Part shown: piece by piece, positions 8,667 to 19,134 of the stretch
Layout: each line of letters opens with the position of its first letter
How positions within the stretch are numbered: the stretch's first letter is position 1
Source: an uncultured Gammaproteobacteria bacterium
GTDB taxonomy: Bacteria; Patescibacteriota; Microgenomatia; PFEM01; CAYPPS01
Direction: 5' to 3'
Assembly: GCA_964655765.1 (NCBI GenBank)
Contig: CAZZNI010000001.1
Location: 1 to 63,769, forward strand
Length of the DNA stretch: 63,769 nt
Notes under the pieces: model-generated
The model's input: only the letters and a program-made list of their open reading frames with translations
The model's database searches: none
Told to the model about the DNA's origin: nothing
Translations under genes and position numbers: made by a program

Positions 8667-10287
8667 AATTAAAACCATCGGTTGTTTTGGCCTGATAACC
8701 GCCCCGTTCATCCTGGCTTATTTGCTAATGCGCCACACCTTTGCTTATTCCAACGGTTATTTTTTAATCGCCAGTAAGGTTTGGAGTGATTTTGCCGCCC
8801 ATTTACCGTTAATCCGCTCTTTCTCGCTCGGTAGCAACTTGAGTCATCCTCAATATCCGATTTTCGCCAATGAGCCAATTCGTTATCATTTTCTTTTTTA
8901 CACACTAGTCGGCTGGCTGGAGAAAATTGGCTTGCCGATTGATCTGGCGCTTAATTTACCCAGCGCCTTCGGCTTAGGCGGTCTGATTGTAATTATTTTT
9001 CTTTTGGCTAAAACCGTTTTTATTAAAAAAGAGATTGGACTGTTGGCGGTATTACTGTTTCTTTTTAACAGCTCACTTAGTTTCATTTATTTTTTCCAAA
9101 AAAATGGTCTGGCTCTAAAAACTCTTGTTTCCAGCAGGGAATTTGCCAGTTTTGGCCCTTACGACAACGGACCGGTCAGTGCTTTTTGGAATTTAAATAT
9201 CTATACCAACCAGCGCCACCTGGCCTTAAGTTTTTTCTTGGTACTTTTGGTAATTTATCTAATTTTCAAAAAATTAGAAAGCAAAAAAAACTTCACCACC
9301 AAAGATTATTTGTTGGTTGTTTTAATCTTGGCCGTTTTACCTAATTTACACCAGGTCGGCTTTGTTTCACTCGGTTTAATTTTAAATTGTTTTTTTGTTT
9401 TTTACCCGAGTTTAAGAAAACCGCTATTTAAAATTACCGTTTTTAGCCTGCCGCTTATCCTCTTTCAGCTGTTGCCAAAAATAGTCACCAATAATACCCC
9501 GGCCACCGTTATTAATCTAAGAATCGGTTTTTTAAGCCCAACAGTTAGTTTTTGGCCAATCGTAAAATATTGGCTGATTAACCTGGGCCTGTCGGCAATT
9601 ACCATCCCAGTTGGCTTTTTAATTGCCAAGAGTAGACAAAAAAAACTACTACTTTCGATCCTGCCGCTCTTTATTATTGGTAATTTGTTTCAATTTTCAC
9701 CGGAAATTGCCGCCAACCATAAGTTTTTTAATCTCTTTTTAATTATAGGTAACTTCTTCAGTGCTTTTTTAATTTTTACACTCTGGCATCGAAAACTGCT
9801 CGGTAAAGGAGCGGCGGTATTGGTCACTTTTTTTCTAATTTTATCCGGCATAATCGATTTACCGCCGATTCTCAATGACCGTAAAATAAGCCTAGCTGAT
9901 CTACCGCACAACCAAGCTGCTCGATGGATTGCCGTCAACACCGACCCAGATAGCACTTTTTTAAATTCAAACTATCTTTATCACCCCGCCAACTTGGCGG
10001 GGCGAAAAATTTATTTAGGCTGGCCCTATTTTGCCTGGTCAGCCGGTTATAATACCAAAGCTAGAGACCAAAAACGGCAAGCAATGTTACTGGCCGAAAA
10101 CTTCAACCAGGAAGAACTTTGTCAAGCTTTACAAACGGAACAGATCGATTATGTCTTTCTTGATTCCAAAACAATCGATTCTGATTTTAATTTTCGTTTT
10201 TGGCAAGACAACTTTCAATTGGTCTTTGAAAATGACAGTCACAATAATTTCATCTTTGCGGTAAAATCAAGTTGTGATTTTAATTGA
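8605..10287 (+). CDS. Polytopic membrane protein, GT-C-like glycosyltransferase (tentative)
   Basis: More than 10 predicted TM segments with a soluble C-terminal domain. The true start may be downstream, because the listed start overlaps the previous gene by 62 nt. Confidence 0.4.
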   Translation: MTEGLIMRLKLAKKRPEKLIKIKTIGCFGLITAPFILAYLLMRHTFAYSNGYFLIASKVWSDFAAHLPLIRSFSLGSNLSHPQYPIFANEPIRYHFLFYTLVGWLEKIGLPIDLALNLPSAFGLGGLIVIIFLLAKTVFIKKEIGLLAVLLFLFNSSLSFIYFFQKNGLALKTLVSSREFASFGPYDNGPVSAFWNLNIYTNQRHLALSFFLVLLVIYLIFKKLESKKNFTTKDYLLVVLILAVLPNLHQVGFVSLGLILNCFFVFYPSLRKPLFKITVFSLPLILFQLLPKIVTNNTPATVINLRIGFLSPTVSFWPIVKYWLINLGLSAITIPVGFLIAKSRQKKLLLSILPLFIIGNLFQFSPEIAANHKFFNLFLIIGNFFSAFLIFTLWHRKLLGKGAAVLVTFFLILSGIIDLPPILNDRKISLADLPHNQAARWIAVNTDPDSTFLNSNYLYHPANLAGRKIYLGWPYFAWSAGYNTKARDQKRQAMLLAENFNQEELCQALQTEQIDYVFLDSKTIDSDFNFRFWQDNFQLVFENDSHNNFIFAVKSSCDFN

Positions 10288-13252
10288 CATTGGTTTTGTG
10301 ATCCGCTGGTGGTTCAATCTATTTATCTTGGGGATAATTTTTTTACCGCTGGCATTAAAATTAACTCCAAAGTTAAAAGACCTGGGCTATGTTGTTGGTA
10401 AAATACTCAGTCCGGTTTTAATTGCTTTTATCTGTTTTGTTGGTGGCAGTTTCAAGATTTTTCCTTTCACTAATTTAACGGTTTTTTTAACCGGCTTTTT
10501 TATCTTACTAGTAAACCTGATTATCTTTTTAAAAAATAAAAATGAATTCTTGTGCCAATTAAAGACAGCCCTGCCTTTAATTGCCCTGGAAGAGTTGTTG
10601 TTTTTTCTAACACTGGTTTTTTGGGCTCTGATTAGAGGCTTTAACCCGGAAATTCAAGGTTTAGAAAAATATATGGACTTTGGTTTCGTAAATGCGATTT
10701 TAAAAACCAGATTCTTCCCGCCGGCAGATATGTGGTTGGCCGGAGAGACAATTAATTATTACTATTTTGGCCACTTAATAACGGCGGTTTTAATTAAATT
10801 AAGCCAAATCAAACCGTTAATCGCTTACAACCTGATGGTCGCCAGTCTTTTTGCTTTCAGCTTTATTGGTAGTTTTTCTTTTGGGCTCAACGCCGGTTTA
10901 TTTTTACAGCTAAAAGGGAAGGGGCGGACAATTCTACTGGGGTTATTAACCGCCGGCTTGTTAACTCTAAGCGGCAATCTTCATCCGCTCTTTTTTGCCG
11001 TTAAAAATATTGGCCTTAAACACTATTGGTATCCCGATGCGACTCGTTTTATTGTTGAAAAATTTGGTGCCGCCGACAACACTATTCACGAATTTCCTAT
11101 TTACAGCTTTGTTGTCGCTGATTTACACGGCCATTTACTTAATTTGCCGATGGTACTTGTTTTTTTACTAATCATGGTTAACATTACTCTCGGATTCAAT
11201 CAAGCTAAACGATTGGAGGTCACTCTCTTGGCCAAGACCGGTTTGGCTTTTTTACTAGCAGTGTTTTTTATCACTAATACCTGGGATTTTGCCATCTACG
11301 CAATTGTTTTTTCCAGCCTAATTTTCTTTTTACTAACACAAACCCAGCAACAATTAATTAATAATCTTTTTAAAACTGCTGTTTTTGTCCTACCGATTGT
11401 TGCCGCCAGTTTATTATTAACCATTCCCTTTCAACTTCATTTTCAAAACATTGCTGGTGGAATAAGCTTGGTTGACCATCGCTCACCGCCGTGGATGTTA
11501 TTGGTTCTCTGGGGACTGCCACTTTGGTTGAGCCTGTTTTTTTTAAAAAATCTGGTAGCCAAAAAGAGGTTTAACTTAATTGATTTTTTTATTGTCGGCT
11601 TAATTATACCGGCTTGGTTTTTTATTCTTCTGCCGGAAGTAATTTATGTAAAAGATATTTATATCCAATCTTACCAACGAGCCAATACCGTCTTTAAATT
11701 TACCTATCAATCGTTTGTCCTTTTCAGCTTAACCATACCGTTATTAATCGGCCGAATCCTGCACCTAATTAACCGATTAACCTTTCGAAAATTGTTTTTA
11801 ACCATAACCGCCGTCTTAATGTTTTTTATCTTTCTTTATCCGGTTTTGGCAATAAAGAGTTTTTATCAATTGACGGAATACCGACAATTGGCGGGCGACA
11901 ATTATTTACAACAATATTATCCTGATAATTTACAAATAATTAACTTTTTAAATCGGCATCAACATCTTCCGGTCAACATTGTCGAAGCCGTTGGGGAGAG
12001 TTACACCGATTACAATCAAATCTCCAGTTTCACTGGCAACCCAACTATTCTAGGCTGGCGGGTTCATGAATGGCTTTGGCGGGGCGGCTTTGATATTCCC
12101 GCTCAAAGAACCGCTGAAGTTGAGAAAATTTACCAATCAACCGATGTGGCAGAAACTAAAAAATTGCTTGACCGCTATCAGGTTAAATATGTTGTGGTTG
12201 GTAAATTAGAATACCAAAAATATCCTAACCTAACTGAAGATAAATTCACCAAGCTCGGTAAAATTGTTTTTGAAACAAAACAAGCTCGGCTATATCAAAT
12301 TGAAACAGTAGTCTTGCCAAGCCAGCAAACAAATAATAGCCCAATTGACTGCCAACAGTTATTCCAAGACGACAACAATAATCCGACCGGATTGTCGTTA
12401 TTATTAGTTGGTGACATTATGCTGGCAAGATCAGTTAACGCTAAAACACTCCAATCAAATAATTTTAACTGGCCTTTTGAAAAAATCGCCGATTTTCTTG
12501 ATTCAGCCGACATAACTTTTGCCAATCTTGAAAGTCCGTTTTTTGATAACTGCCCGGTAACCAACAGCGGCACCAGATTTTGCGCCGAACCTAAAATGGC
12601 TAACAGCCTCGCCTTAAATGGTGTCGATATCGTCAGTCTCGCCAACAATCATGCCGGCGACTTCGGCCAAGAAGCGATTAAACAAACCAAAGAATTATTG
12701 CAACAAAAAAAAATTCTTTTTACTGGCAGCAGTGAAGCCGCCAATTTTAACCTGAAAGATCGCCGGATTATTTTTCTTGGCTATAATGATATCTACCCAT
12801 CGGTTAGTGGGATTAATTGGGCCGATCAAGCAACAATCGAAACGGAAATCAGCCAGGCCGATAAAGACAATGACCTGGTAATTGTTTCTTTTCATTGGGG
12901 CGAAGAATATACATTCACACCCACAAATCGACAACGACAATTGGCCCGACTGGCTATTGATGCCGGCGCTGATTTAATTATCGGCCATCACCCGCACTGG
13001 GTCCAACCGGTTGAAATTTATAACAACAAACTGATTTTTTATTCACTGGGGAATTTCATTTTTGACCAAATGTGGTCACAGCCGACCAGGCAAGGACTAG
13101 CCGCACTAATAATTTTTAACCAAAACAACCAGCCACAAGTCAAATTTTACCCGATATTAATTGAAAACTTTGGCCAACCAAACCTGTTGTCAAGCCAAGC
13201 CAAACAAACAATTATTGATAAATTAGAACAAAACTGCCGGCAAATCAATTAG
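10274..13252 (+). CDS. Fusion protein with an N-terminal DUF2298 (YYY-motif) membrane domain and a C-terminal CapA/PGA-synthesis metallophosphatase-like domain
   Basis: The polytopic N-terminal ~700 aa carry GETINYYYFGH. The C-terminal part has the CapA-family blocks LLLVGDIMLARSV, ANLESP, SLANNHAGDFG, FHWGEEY, GHHPHW and SLGNFIFDQ. Confidence 0.7.
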   Translation: MILIDIGFVIRWWFNLFILGIIFLPLALKLTPKLKDLGYVVGKILSPVLIAFICFVGGSFKIFPFTNLTVFLTGFFILLVNLIIFLKNKNEFLCQLKTALPLIALEELLFFLTLVFWALIRGFNPEIQGLEKYMDFGFVNAILKTRFFPPADMWLAGETINYYYFGHLITAVLIKLSQIKPLIAYNLMVASLFAFSFIGSFSFGLNAGLFLQLKGKGRTILLGLLTAGLLTLSGNLHPLFFAVKNIGLKHYWYPDATRFIVEKFGAADNTIHEFPIYSFVVADLHGHLLNLPMVLVFLLIMVNITLGFNQAKRLEVTLLAKTGLAFLLAVFFITNTWDFAIYAIVFSSLIFFLLTQTQQQLINNLFKTAVFVLPIVAASLLLTIPFQLHFQNIAGGISLVDHRSPPWMLLVLWGLPLWLSLFFLKNLVAKKRFNLIDFFIVGLIIPAWFFILLPEVIYVKDIYIQSYQRANTVFKFTYQSFVLFSLTIPLLIGRILHLINRLTFRKLFLTITAVLMFFIFLYPVLAIKSFYQLTEYRQLAGDNYLQQYYPDNLQIINFLNRHQHLPVNIVEAVGESYTDYNQISSFTGNPTILGWRVHEWLWRGGFDIPAQRTAEVEKIYQSTDVAETKKLLDRYQVKYVVVGKLEYQKYPNLTEDKFTKLGKIVFETKQARLYQIETVVLPSQQTNNSPIDCQQLFQDDNNNPTGLSLLLVGDIMLARSVNAKTLQSNNFNWPFEKIADFLDSADITFANLESPFFDNCPVTNSGTRFCAEPKMANSLALNGVDIVSLANNHAGDFGQEAIKQTKELLQQKKILFTGSSEAANFNLKDRRIIFLGYNDIYPSVSGINWADQATIETEISQADKDNDLVIVSFHWGEEYTFTPTNRQRQLARLAIDAGADLIIGHHPHWVQPVEIYNNKLIFYSLGNFIFDQMWSQPTRQGLAALIIFNQNNQPQVKFYPILIENFGQPNLLSSQAKQTIIDKLEQNCRQIN

Positions 13253-13874
13253 TGTTTTTTTGATAAAGCCAAAACGAATATATTATCGGTAATATCACCG
13301 CCAAAATTAAACTACCAAGAACAATAACTGATGACTGAAAAACGAAAAATGCTTCCAGTAAGCTAATCAAGCCAGCAACAACGAAACACCAGGCGGCAAA
13401 ACGATGAGTTTTATTCCAATTGTCTTCATTATTTAAAGTCCAAGGCAACTTAACACCAATGAAATAATTTTGCCTGATTTTAGATAAAAAATTGCCGATG
13501 ACCATAAACAATACACCTAAGCCGGTAAACATAAACGGCTCAATCCGAACGGCTGGATTTAACGAAAGATGAAAAATAACTACTTGTAAATAAACAAAAA
13601 AGGCAATAATGCTAGTTTTAATTATTCGCCATTCTTTATCAAACAATTTATACTGCTTCTTCTTGGGGTCAAATTGAGGCAAAAAGGAAAACAAAACAAA
13701 AATTGCCAACATTAACACAGGTGTTAACCAGACCACGACAGTTTTTGGCGCTTGATTATCGACCTGACCATAGACATTCCAATGAATCGGCAATTGTGCT
13801 GGTAAGTGCGGGTAGGCAAAAAAGCTAATCAAAAATGACAATAAAACTAGCAAAAATGCGGCTTGTTTAAACAT
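13245..13874 (-). CDS. SdpI/YhfL-family membrane protein (DUF1648 + SdpI)
   Basis: The start of the protein reads PIHWNVYGQVDN (DUF1648-like). It has multiple TM segments and sits immediately downstream of, and abutting, an SdpR-type ArsR regulator. Confidence 0.65.
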   Translation of the reverse strand: MFKQAAFLLVLLSFLISFFAYPHLPAQLPIHWNVYGQVDNQAPKTVVVWLTPVLMLAIFVLFSFLPQFDPKKKQYKLFDKEWRIIKTSIIAFFVYLQVVIFHLSLNPAVRIEPFMFTGLGVLFMVIGNFLSKIRQNYFIGVKLPWTLNNEDNWNKTHRFAAWCFVVAGLISLLEAFFVFQSSVIVLGSLILAVILPIIYSFWLYQKNTN

Positions 13875-14132
13875 TTATTTTTTAAGTAAATCAAATAATA
13901 TTTTAGCGCTCTCTTCAAAAACCGAAACATTCAACGAATAACGCAAATATTGACCTTGCCTTTGACTAATCACTAATCGAGCATTTTTTAACACATTTAA
14001 ATGATGAGACAAAGAAGCGCCAGTAATATCAAAGTATTGACTGATTTCAGTCACCGTCATATCTTTCTTTTTTAAAATTTGTAAAATTTGCCGGCGATTT
14101 TTGTCTGACAAAGCTTTGAATATCACATCCAT
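13875..14132 (-). CDS. ArsR/SdpR-family winged-helix transcriptional repressor
   Basis: ALSDKNRRQILQILKKKDMTVTEISQYFDITGASLSHHLNVLKNARLV is a canonical ArsR HTH. Confidence 0.85.
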   Translation of the reverse strand: MDVIFKALSDKNRRQILQILKKKDMTVTEISQYFDITGASLSHHLNVLKNARLVISQRQGQYLRYSLNVSVFEESAKILFDLLKK

Positions 14133-14224
14133 AAACTATTAGATATTTAGATATGCGTCTAATTATATATTGCGACCGGCAAGTTGTCAAATAAATATTA
14201 ACGATCAATATTACGCTTTGATGC

Positions 14225-14659
14225 TTATCTAGCTATAACTTCGGCCGTCTGGCGATCATAACACTCCGGAATCAATTCAACTGGAAAATCCGGATAATCC
14301 GTCAAGTCATCACAAAAAATACTACCGTTGCCATCCCAAACTATCTGCCAAACACCGTCAATTTTAGCCGCAAAAAAGCCACCACCACCTAGTTCACCTT
14401 CAGCCGGAGCAATTCCGCCAGCAGCATATTGGCCATCATTGGCAGTAACTGTAACAACAATATCTGTCGGATCCCAACCATGTTTAGCAACTAGAGCATC
14501 TTCAATCAATTGTTCGTCAGATTTTGGCTGTTGAGTGACTTCCGCTATCGTTTCCGGCAAATCAGAAACCGATGATGATGATTCCTGATTATTCACAAAC
14601 CAAAAACCGCCTACGCCAACAATCAAGATTAATAATAAAAATGGTAAAAGTTTATTCAC
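14225..14659 (-). CDS. Secreted or anchored hypothetical protein
   Basis: N-terminal signal anchor (LLPFLLLILIVGVGGFWF). No recognisable family. Confidence 0.4.
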   Translation of the reverse strand: MNKLLPFLLLILIVGVGGFWFVNNQESSSSVSDLPETIAEVTQQPKSDEQLIEDALVAKHGWDPTDIVVTVTANDGQYAAGGIAPAEGELGGGGFFAAKIDGVWQIVWDGNGSIFCDDLTDYPDFPVELIPECYDRQTAEVIAR

Positions 14660-14696
14660 TGGTTAAATATCACCTCCTTTCCGTCAAAAAAACCTT

Positions 14697-15203
14697 TTAA
14701 ATTTTTCGGCTATCATAAGCCCAGTGGAGCAAGGCTTGGCGTTGAACCCGCCGACAGGAAAGATCCCCTTTCGGGCAATTTTTTTCCAGCTGAACTAAGT
14801 GACGGCGCATCGCCCGCCATCGTTTAATTTGCCGGCCGTCTTCACCGTTTAATCGACGGCCAGAAAAATAACGACAGTACCACTGAAACCAGCCACGAGG
14901 GTCATCTTTATAAAGCCAGCCTTTTTTGCGCCACACCAATAAAGATTGACTGGCGTTAACTTTAAAACAGTTAAGTTTAGGATTGGCAAACAATGAGCAA
15001 AGCTTGGCATTTTTAAACCAATCTTTAGGAAATTCGTTCTGGCAATCAGTCAAATACTTACCGCCAAAAACACCCAAGGTCAACATTTGCTTTGGAGTTA
15101 AATCAGGAGTAAACCGAGAATCAAAATTTTTCCCTTCCGGTTCAACTAACTCGTAAACATAACCTGTCTGCATTTTGTCATTAACCGTCACCTTTTTACT
15201 CAT
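14697..15203 (-). CDS. Conserved hypothetical cytoplasmic protein
   Basis: Clean 168-aa ORF with Trp/Arg-rich motifs (DPRGWFQWYCRYFSGRR, RQIKRWRAMRRH). I cannot name the family. Confidence 0.45.
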   Translation of the reverse strand: MSKKVTVNDKMQTGYVYELVEPEGKNFDSRFTPDLTPKQMLTLGVFGGKYLTDCQNEFPKDWFKNAKLCSLFANPKLNCFKVNASQSLLVWRKKGWLYKDDPRGWFQWYCRYFSGRRLNGEDGRQIKRWRAMRRHLVQLEKNCPKGDLSCRRVQRQALLHWAYDSRKI

Positions 15204-15251
15204 ACCAATTAATCTATTATAGCAGGAAAGGAATGATTACTTTTTAAGCTT

Positions 15252-16181
15252 TTAAAAGCTGATTGTTTGGATTAATTGCTTTTGGAATTCTTCCAAACCG
15301 TTAGGCTTAAAAAGCAAGACCCACTGATTATTAAATGTCGGACCGGCGGCGGGCGCATAAAGATAGTTGTCATCTAGAACAATTGTTTCTATTGGTGGTT
15401 TTTGTTTCAAGGCAACTAAAAAAGTTTTAAAAAGATCTGAATATTTATCTGTCGGCAAATTGGTTTCAACGGCCGACCAAATAATGTCATAAATTTCTTT
15501 GGCTTGTCCTGGATGAGTTAACCAGTAAGGACTAAGGGCTTTTTGTCGCAGGGCAGTAATTAAATTCTGTTGCCGCTTACTTCTGGCAAAATCAGTTCCT
15601 TCATCACCCTGGGCATAACGAGAACGAATATACTTCAAAGCAGTAATTCCATCCATTGTTTGTAATCCGGAATCAAAATGAACATGTTCATAACGACAAT
15701 CATAGTCAGGATCACCGTTGCAAAGATCGTTTTCTTTGCCAGCAACAGGGAAACGGTAATCGTCAAAAGTCCTTTCGACATTTACCTCAACCCCGCCAAG
15801 AGTATCAATCACTTTAACCACTCCGCTAAAATCGATTAAAAAATAATAGTCAATCTTTTGACCAGTTATTGCCTCGGCCTGGGTTTTAACCCCTTCAATC
15901 CCTTGATAATGATAAACACTATTCAGTTTAGTTTTCAGGTCGTTAATCCAAATATCCCTGGGCAACGACACCAGTGTTACTCCACCGGTTGATTGGTTTA
16001 AAGATACAAACATCATTGTGTCAGTTAAATCAGCACCGGCATGATTTTCTCCCCCTATGCCTAAAATCAGAAAATTAATTTGACCCCGAGGAGGACGCAA
16101 GAAATCAACCGACCAGGCAAAAAGGCTACTGAAAAAAGCCAGAATAAAAAAAAGACTCAAAAAAAAGATAATTTTTTTCAT
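15252..16181 (-). CDS. LytR-CpsA-Psr (LCP) family cell-envelope phosphotransferase
   Basis: INFLILGIGGE...DTMMFVSLN...VTLVSLPRDIWI...KLNSVY is the LCP core. I chose the internal start MKKIIFF (ATG at 16181), which is followed by a TM. The ORF-track start at 16244 adds a non-hydrophobic extension. Confidence 0.8.
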   Translation of the reverse strand: MKKIIFFLSLFFILAFFSSLFAWSVDFLRPPRGQINFLILGIGGENHAGADLTDTMMFVSLNQSTGGVTLVSLPRDIWINDLKTKLNSVYHYQGIEGVKTQAEAITGQKIDYYFLIDFSGVVKVIDTLGGVEVNVERTFDDYRFPVAGKENDLCNGDPDYDCRYEHVHFDSGLQTMDGITALKYIRSRYAQGDEGTDFARSKRQQNLITALRQKALSPYWLTHPGQAKEIYDIIWSAVETNLPTDKYSDLFKTFLVALKQKPPIETIVLDDNYLYAPAAGPTFNNQWVLLFKPNGLEEFQKQLIQTISF

Positions 16182-18024
16182 GGCAACAAATGCTACAATG
16201 ATTCGCGTGAACAGTACTGCCTCTATTTTAGACCAGCTAAACAAGCAGCAGCAAGCGGCAGTCGGTTTTGGACACGGGCCGCTACTGGTTTTAGCCGGAG
16301 CAGGCAGCGGTAAAACCAGAGTTTTAACCTACCGGGCCGCTTTTTTAATCAAAGAAAAAAACATCGATCCTAAAAATATCTTACTGCTGACTTTCACCAA
16401 TAAAGCCGCCCAGGAAATGCGGCAAAGAATTGAAAAAATATCAACCAACAAAATCGCTCCTTTTGCCGGTACTTTCCATTCTTTTTGTGCCCGCCTACTG
16501 CGTCAGGAAGCCGGTCGGCTTAATTTATCAACCAACTTTGCTATTTACGACCGCCAAGATCAAACCGAAGCCGTTAAGCAGGCTTTAAAATCACTTAGCC
16601 TTGATCCGGTTATTCACAAGCCAGGCCCGATTATTAACCTAATCTCTCAGGCCAAAAATGAACTGATTTCTGCTTCTGAATACGGTCAATACAGTCAAAC
16701 TTCACAACAAGAAATCGCCAGCAAAGTTTACATTGTTTACGAGCAAATTTTAAAAAAAGCCCAAGCACTGGATTTTGATGACTTACTATTAAAAACGCTT
16801 TATCTTTTTGAGCAAAACCGCGACAGCTTGCAAAAATATCAACAACAATACCAGTGGGTCTTGGTTGACGAATATCAAGACACCAACCGCATTCAATACC
16901 AGTTAACACAGCTTTTAACCAAACCGCAACTTAATTTAACCGTTGTCGGGGACGCTTGCCAGTCAATTTATTCTTGGCGGGGAGCTGATTTCCGCAATTT
17001 AACTAATCTTAAGAAGGACCTACCGCAACTAACTATTATCAATTTGGAGCAAAATTACCGCTCTTGCCAAACCATTCTCAAGGCGGCCAACGAAGTAATC
17101 GCCAAAAACACCTCACATCCAGTTTTAAATCTCTGGTCACAAAAACGCGCCGGCGACAAAATCGTTGTCTATCAAGCCGAAAGTGAACTGGATGAAGCTT
17201 TTTTTATTATTAATCAAATTAAGCAATTGTGTTTAAACCAGCAATTTAAATACAAAGATATTGCTGTTTTATACCGGACTAACGCTCAGTCCCGGGTTTT
17301 TGAAGAGGCATTACTGCATCAAGGTATTCCTTATTCAATTGTCGGCGGCCTTAAGTTTTACGAGCGCAAAGAAGTAAAAGACTGTTTGGCTTACTTAAGA
17401 TTACTGGCCAACCCGGCCGACAGTGTTTCTCTAATACGAGCACAAAAAATCGGCAAACGCCGGTTGGAAAAATTCAATCAACTGAAAGACAAGGAAAAAA
17501 ATCTAGCCGATGCACCAACCGGGGAAATTATAACCAAAACCCTAACCGCCACCAGCTACTTGGATAAATTTAACCACAATGACCCCCAGGACCTGGCCAG
17601 GATTGAAAATATCAAAGAATTGTCATCAGTAGCCAAAAATTTCCCCAATTTAAACGACTTTTTAGAAAATGTTGCCTTAGTCCAAATGGAATACTCGCCA
17701 GAACAAACAGCCAGCCGGCAGGAAGAAGGGGTTACCTTGATGACCATCCATGCCGCCAAAGGCAGTGAATATCCAATTGTTTTTCTGGCCGGGTTGGAAG
17801 AAGGTTTGTTCCCTCATTCCAGAACACTACTTGACCGCCAAGAACTGGAAGAAGAACGACGGCTCTGTTATGTTGGCTTAACCCGAGCAATGGAAAAATT
17901 ATTTTTAACTTTTTCACAAAAGCGGCTTTTTTTTGGCTCAATTTCTTCTAACCCGCCATCCAGGTTTATTGAAGAGATCCCCTCCTCGTTGGTTCTCTTC
18001 CTTAAAGATCATCATCAATGTTAA
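16180..18024 (+). CDS. pcrA: UvrD/PcrA-type superfamily 1 DNA helicase
   Basis: LNKQQQAAVGFGHGPLLVLAGAGSGKT (Walker A), VDEYQDTN, QNYRS and a TIHAAKGSEYPIVFLAG...LCYVGLTRA motif set. The start may instead be the Met at 16198. Confidence 0.9.
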   Translation: MATNATMIRVNSTASILDQLNKQQQAAVGFGHGPLLVLAGAGSGKTRVLTYRAAFLIKEKNIDPKNILLLTFTNKAAQEMRQRIEKISTNKIAPFAGTFHSFCARLLRQEAGRLNLSTNFAIYDRQDQTEAVKQALKSLSLDPVIHKPGPIINLISQAKNELISASEYGQYSQTSQQEIASKVYIVYEQILKKAQALDFDDLLLKTLYLFEQNRDSLQKYQQQYQWVLVDEYQDTNRIQYQLTQLLTKPQLNLTVVGDACQSIYSWRGADFRNLTNLKKDLPQLTIINLEQNYRSCQTILKAANEVIAKNTSHPVLNLWSQKRAGDKIVVYQAESELDEAFFIINQIKQLCLNQQFKYKDIAVLYRTNAQSRVFEEALLHQGIPYSIVGGLKFYERKEVKDCLAYLRLLANPADSVSLIRAQKIGKRRLEKFNQLKDKEKNLADAPTGEIITKTLTATSYLDKFNHNDPQDLARIENIKELSSVAKNFPNLNDFLENVALVQMEYSPEQTASRQEEGVTLMTIHAAKGSEYPIVFLAGLEEGLFPHSRTLLDRQELEEERRLCYVGLTRAMEKLFLTFSQKRLFFGSISSNPPSRFIEEIPSSLVLFLKDHHQC

Positions 18025-18037
18025 AATCAGTTAAACT

Positions 18038-19084
18038 ATGATTGTCCGCGAAATTTTACCTGAAGAAGAAAAAGATTTTAATGATATTGTTAACCACCCG
18101 CTACAAAGCTGGCAATGGGGTCAGTTTAGACAAAAAACTAATCTGGAAGTAATTCGCTTGGGTGTTTTTGACCCAAAACAACAACACCGACTTATCCAAG
18201 GTTACAGCCTAACAAGCCACCCGCTACCGATTATCGGTGGCACTTCGCTTTATTTTCCTCGCGGCCCAATGCCCGATAAAACCATGATCGAAGCATTAAC
18301 AAAATTAGCCCAAGAACGAAAAGCAGTTTTTGTTAAATTAGAACCAAATGTTCACCAGGCTTACAGCCAACAAAAAACCTCTAGTTTTACATCAATAAAA
18401 AAATTTCTTAAACAACATGATTGCCTACCAGGAAAACCAATGTTTACTAAATACAATTTTATTCTCGATATCAGTAATACTGAAGAAGAAATTTTGAAGC
18501 AAATGAAACCTAAAACCCGTTACAATATCCGACTGTCGCAACGCCACCAGGTTGAAGTGGTTGAAGACAATTCACCTCAAGCCTTAAAAATTTTTTGGCA
18601 GTTAATGGAAGAAACGACCCACAGACAAAAATTTTACGCCCGTAACTTTGCTTATTACCAAAAAATGAGAGAAGTTTTATTGCCGGCAGACATGTTTCAC
18701 TTACTTTTGGCTAAATATCAAAACGAAATCATCGGCGCTTACATCTTCTTTACCTTTAACGACACACTTTACTACCCCTACGGAGCCTCATCAAGAAAAC
18801 ACCGCGATAAAATGGCTCTTTATAATTTAATGTGGCGGGCAATCGAACTCGGTAAAGCCAAAGGACTGACCAAATTTGACATGTGGGGCTCACCCGGACC
18901 AAATCCGTCACCGAAAGACCCTTGGGCCGGTTTCCACCGCTTTAAGGAAGGCTTTGGCGCCACTTTGGAGGAATATTTAGGTACTTTTGATTTAATTATT
19001 GACCAGCCAAAATATAAACTGTTTACCTTAGCCGACAATTGGCGCTGGAAATATTTACGACTTAGAAAACTACTCCCTTTTTAG
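18038..19084 (+). CDS. FemAB-family peptidoglycan interpeptide-bridge aminoacyltransferase
   Basis: The layout is typical of FemX/FemAB: HPLQSWQWGQFR, KPKTRYNIRLSQRH, YYPYGASS and FDMWG. Confidence 0.8.
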   Translation: MIVREILPEEEKDFNDIVNHPLQSWQWGQFRQKTNLEVIRLGVFDPKQQHRLIQGYSLTSHPLPIIGGTSLYFPRGPMPDKTMIEALTKLAQERKAVFVKLEPNVHQAYSQQKTSSFTSIKKFLKQHDCLPGKPMFTKYNFILDISNTEEEILKQMKPKTRYNIRLSQRHQVEVVEDNSPQALKIFWQLMEETTHRQKFYARNFAYYQKMREVLLPADMFHLLLAKYQNEIIGAYIFFTFNDTLYYPYGASSRKHRDKMALYNLMWRAIELGKAKGLTKFDMWGSPGPNPSPKDPWAGFHRFKEGFGATLEEYLGTFDLIIDQPKYKLFTLADNWRWKYLRLRKLLPF

Positions 19085-19134
19085 CTTGACAATTAACTGC
19101 CTTTAAGGAAAAATAAAATCAGATTAAAAACCAA

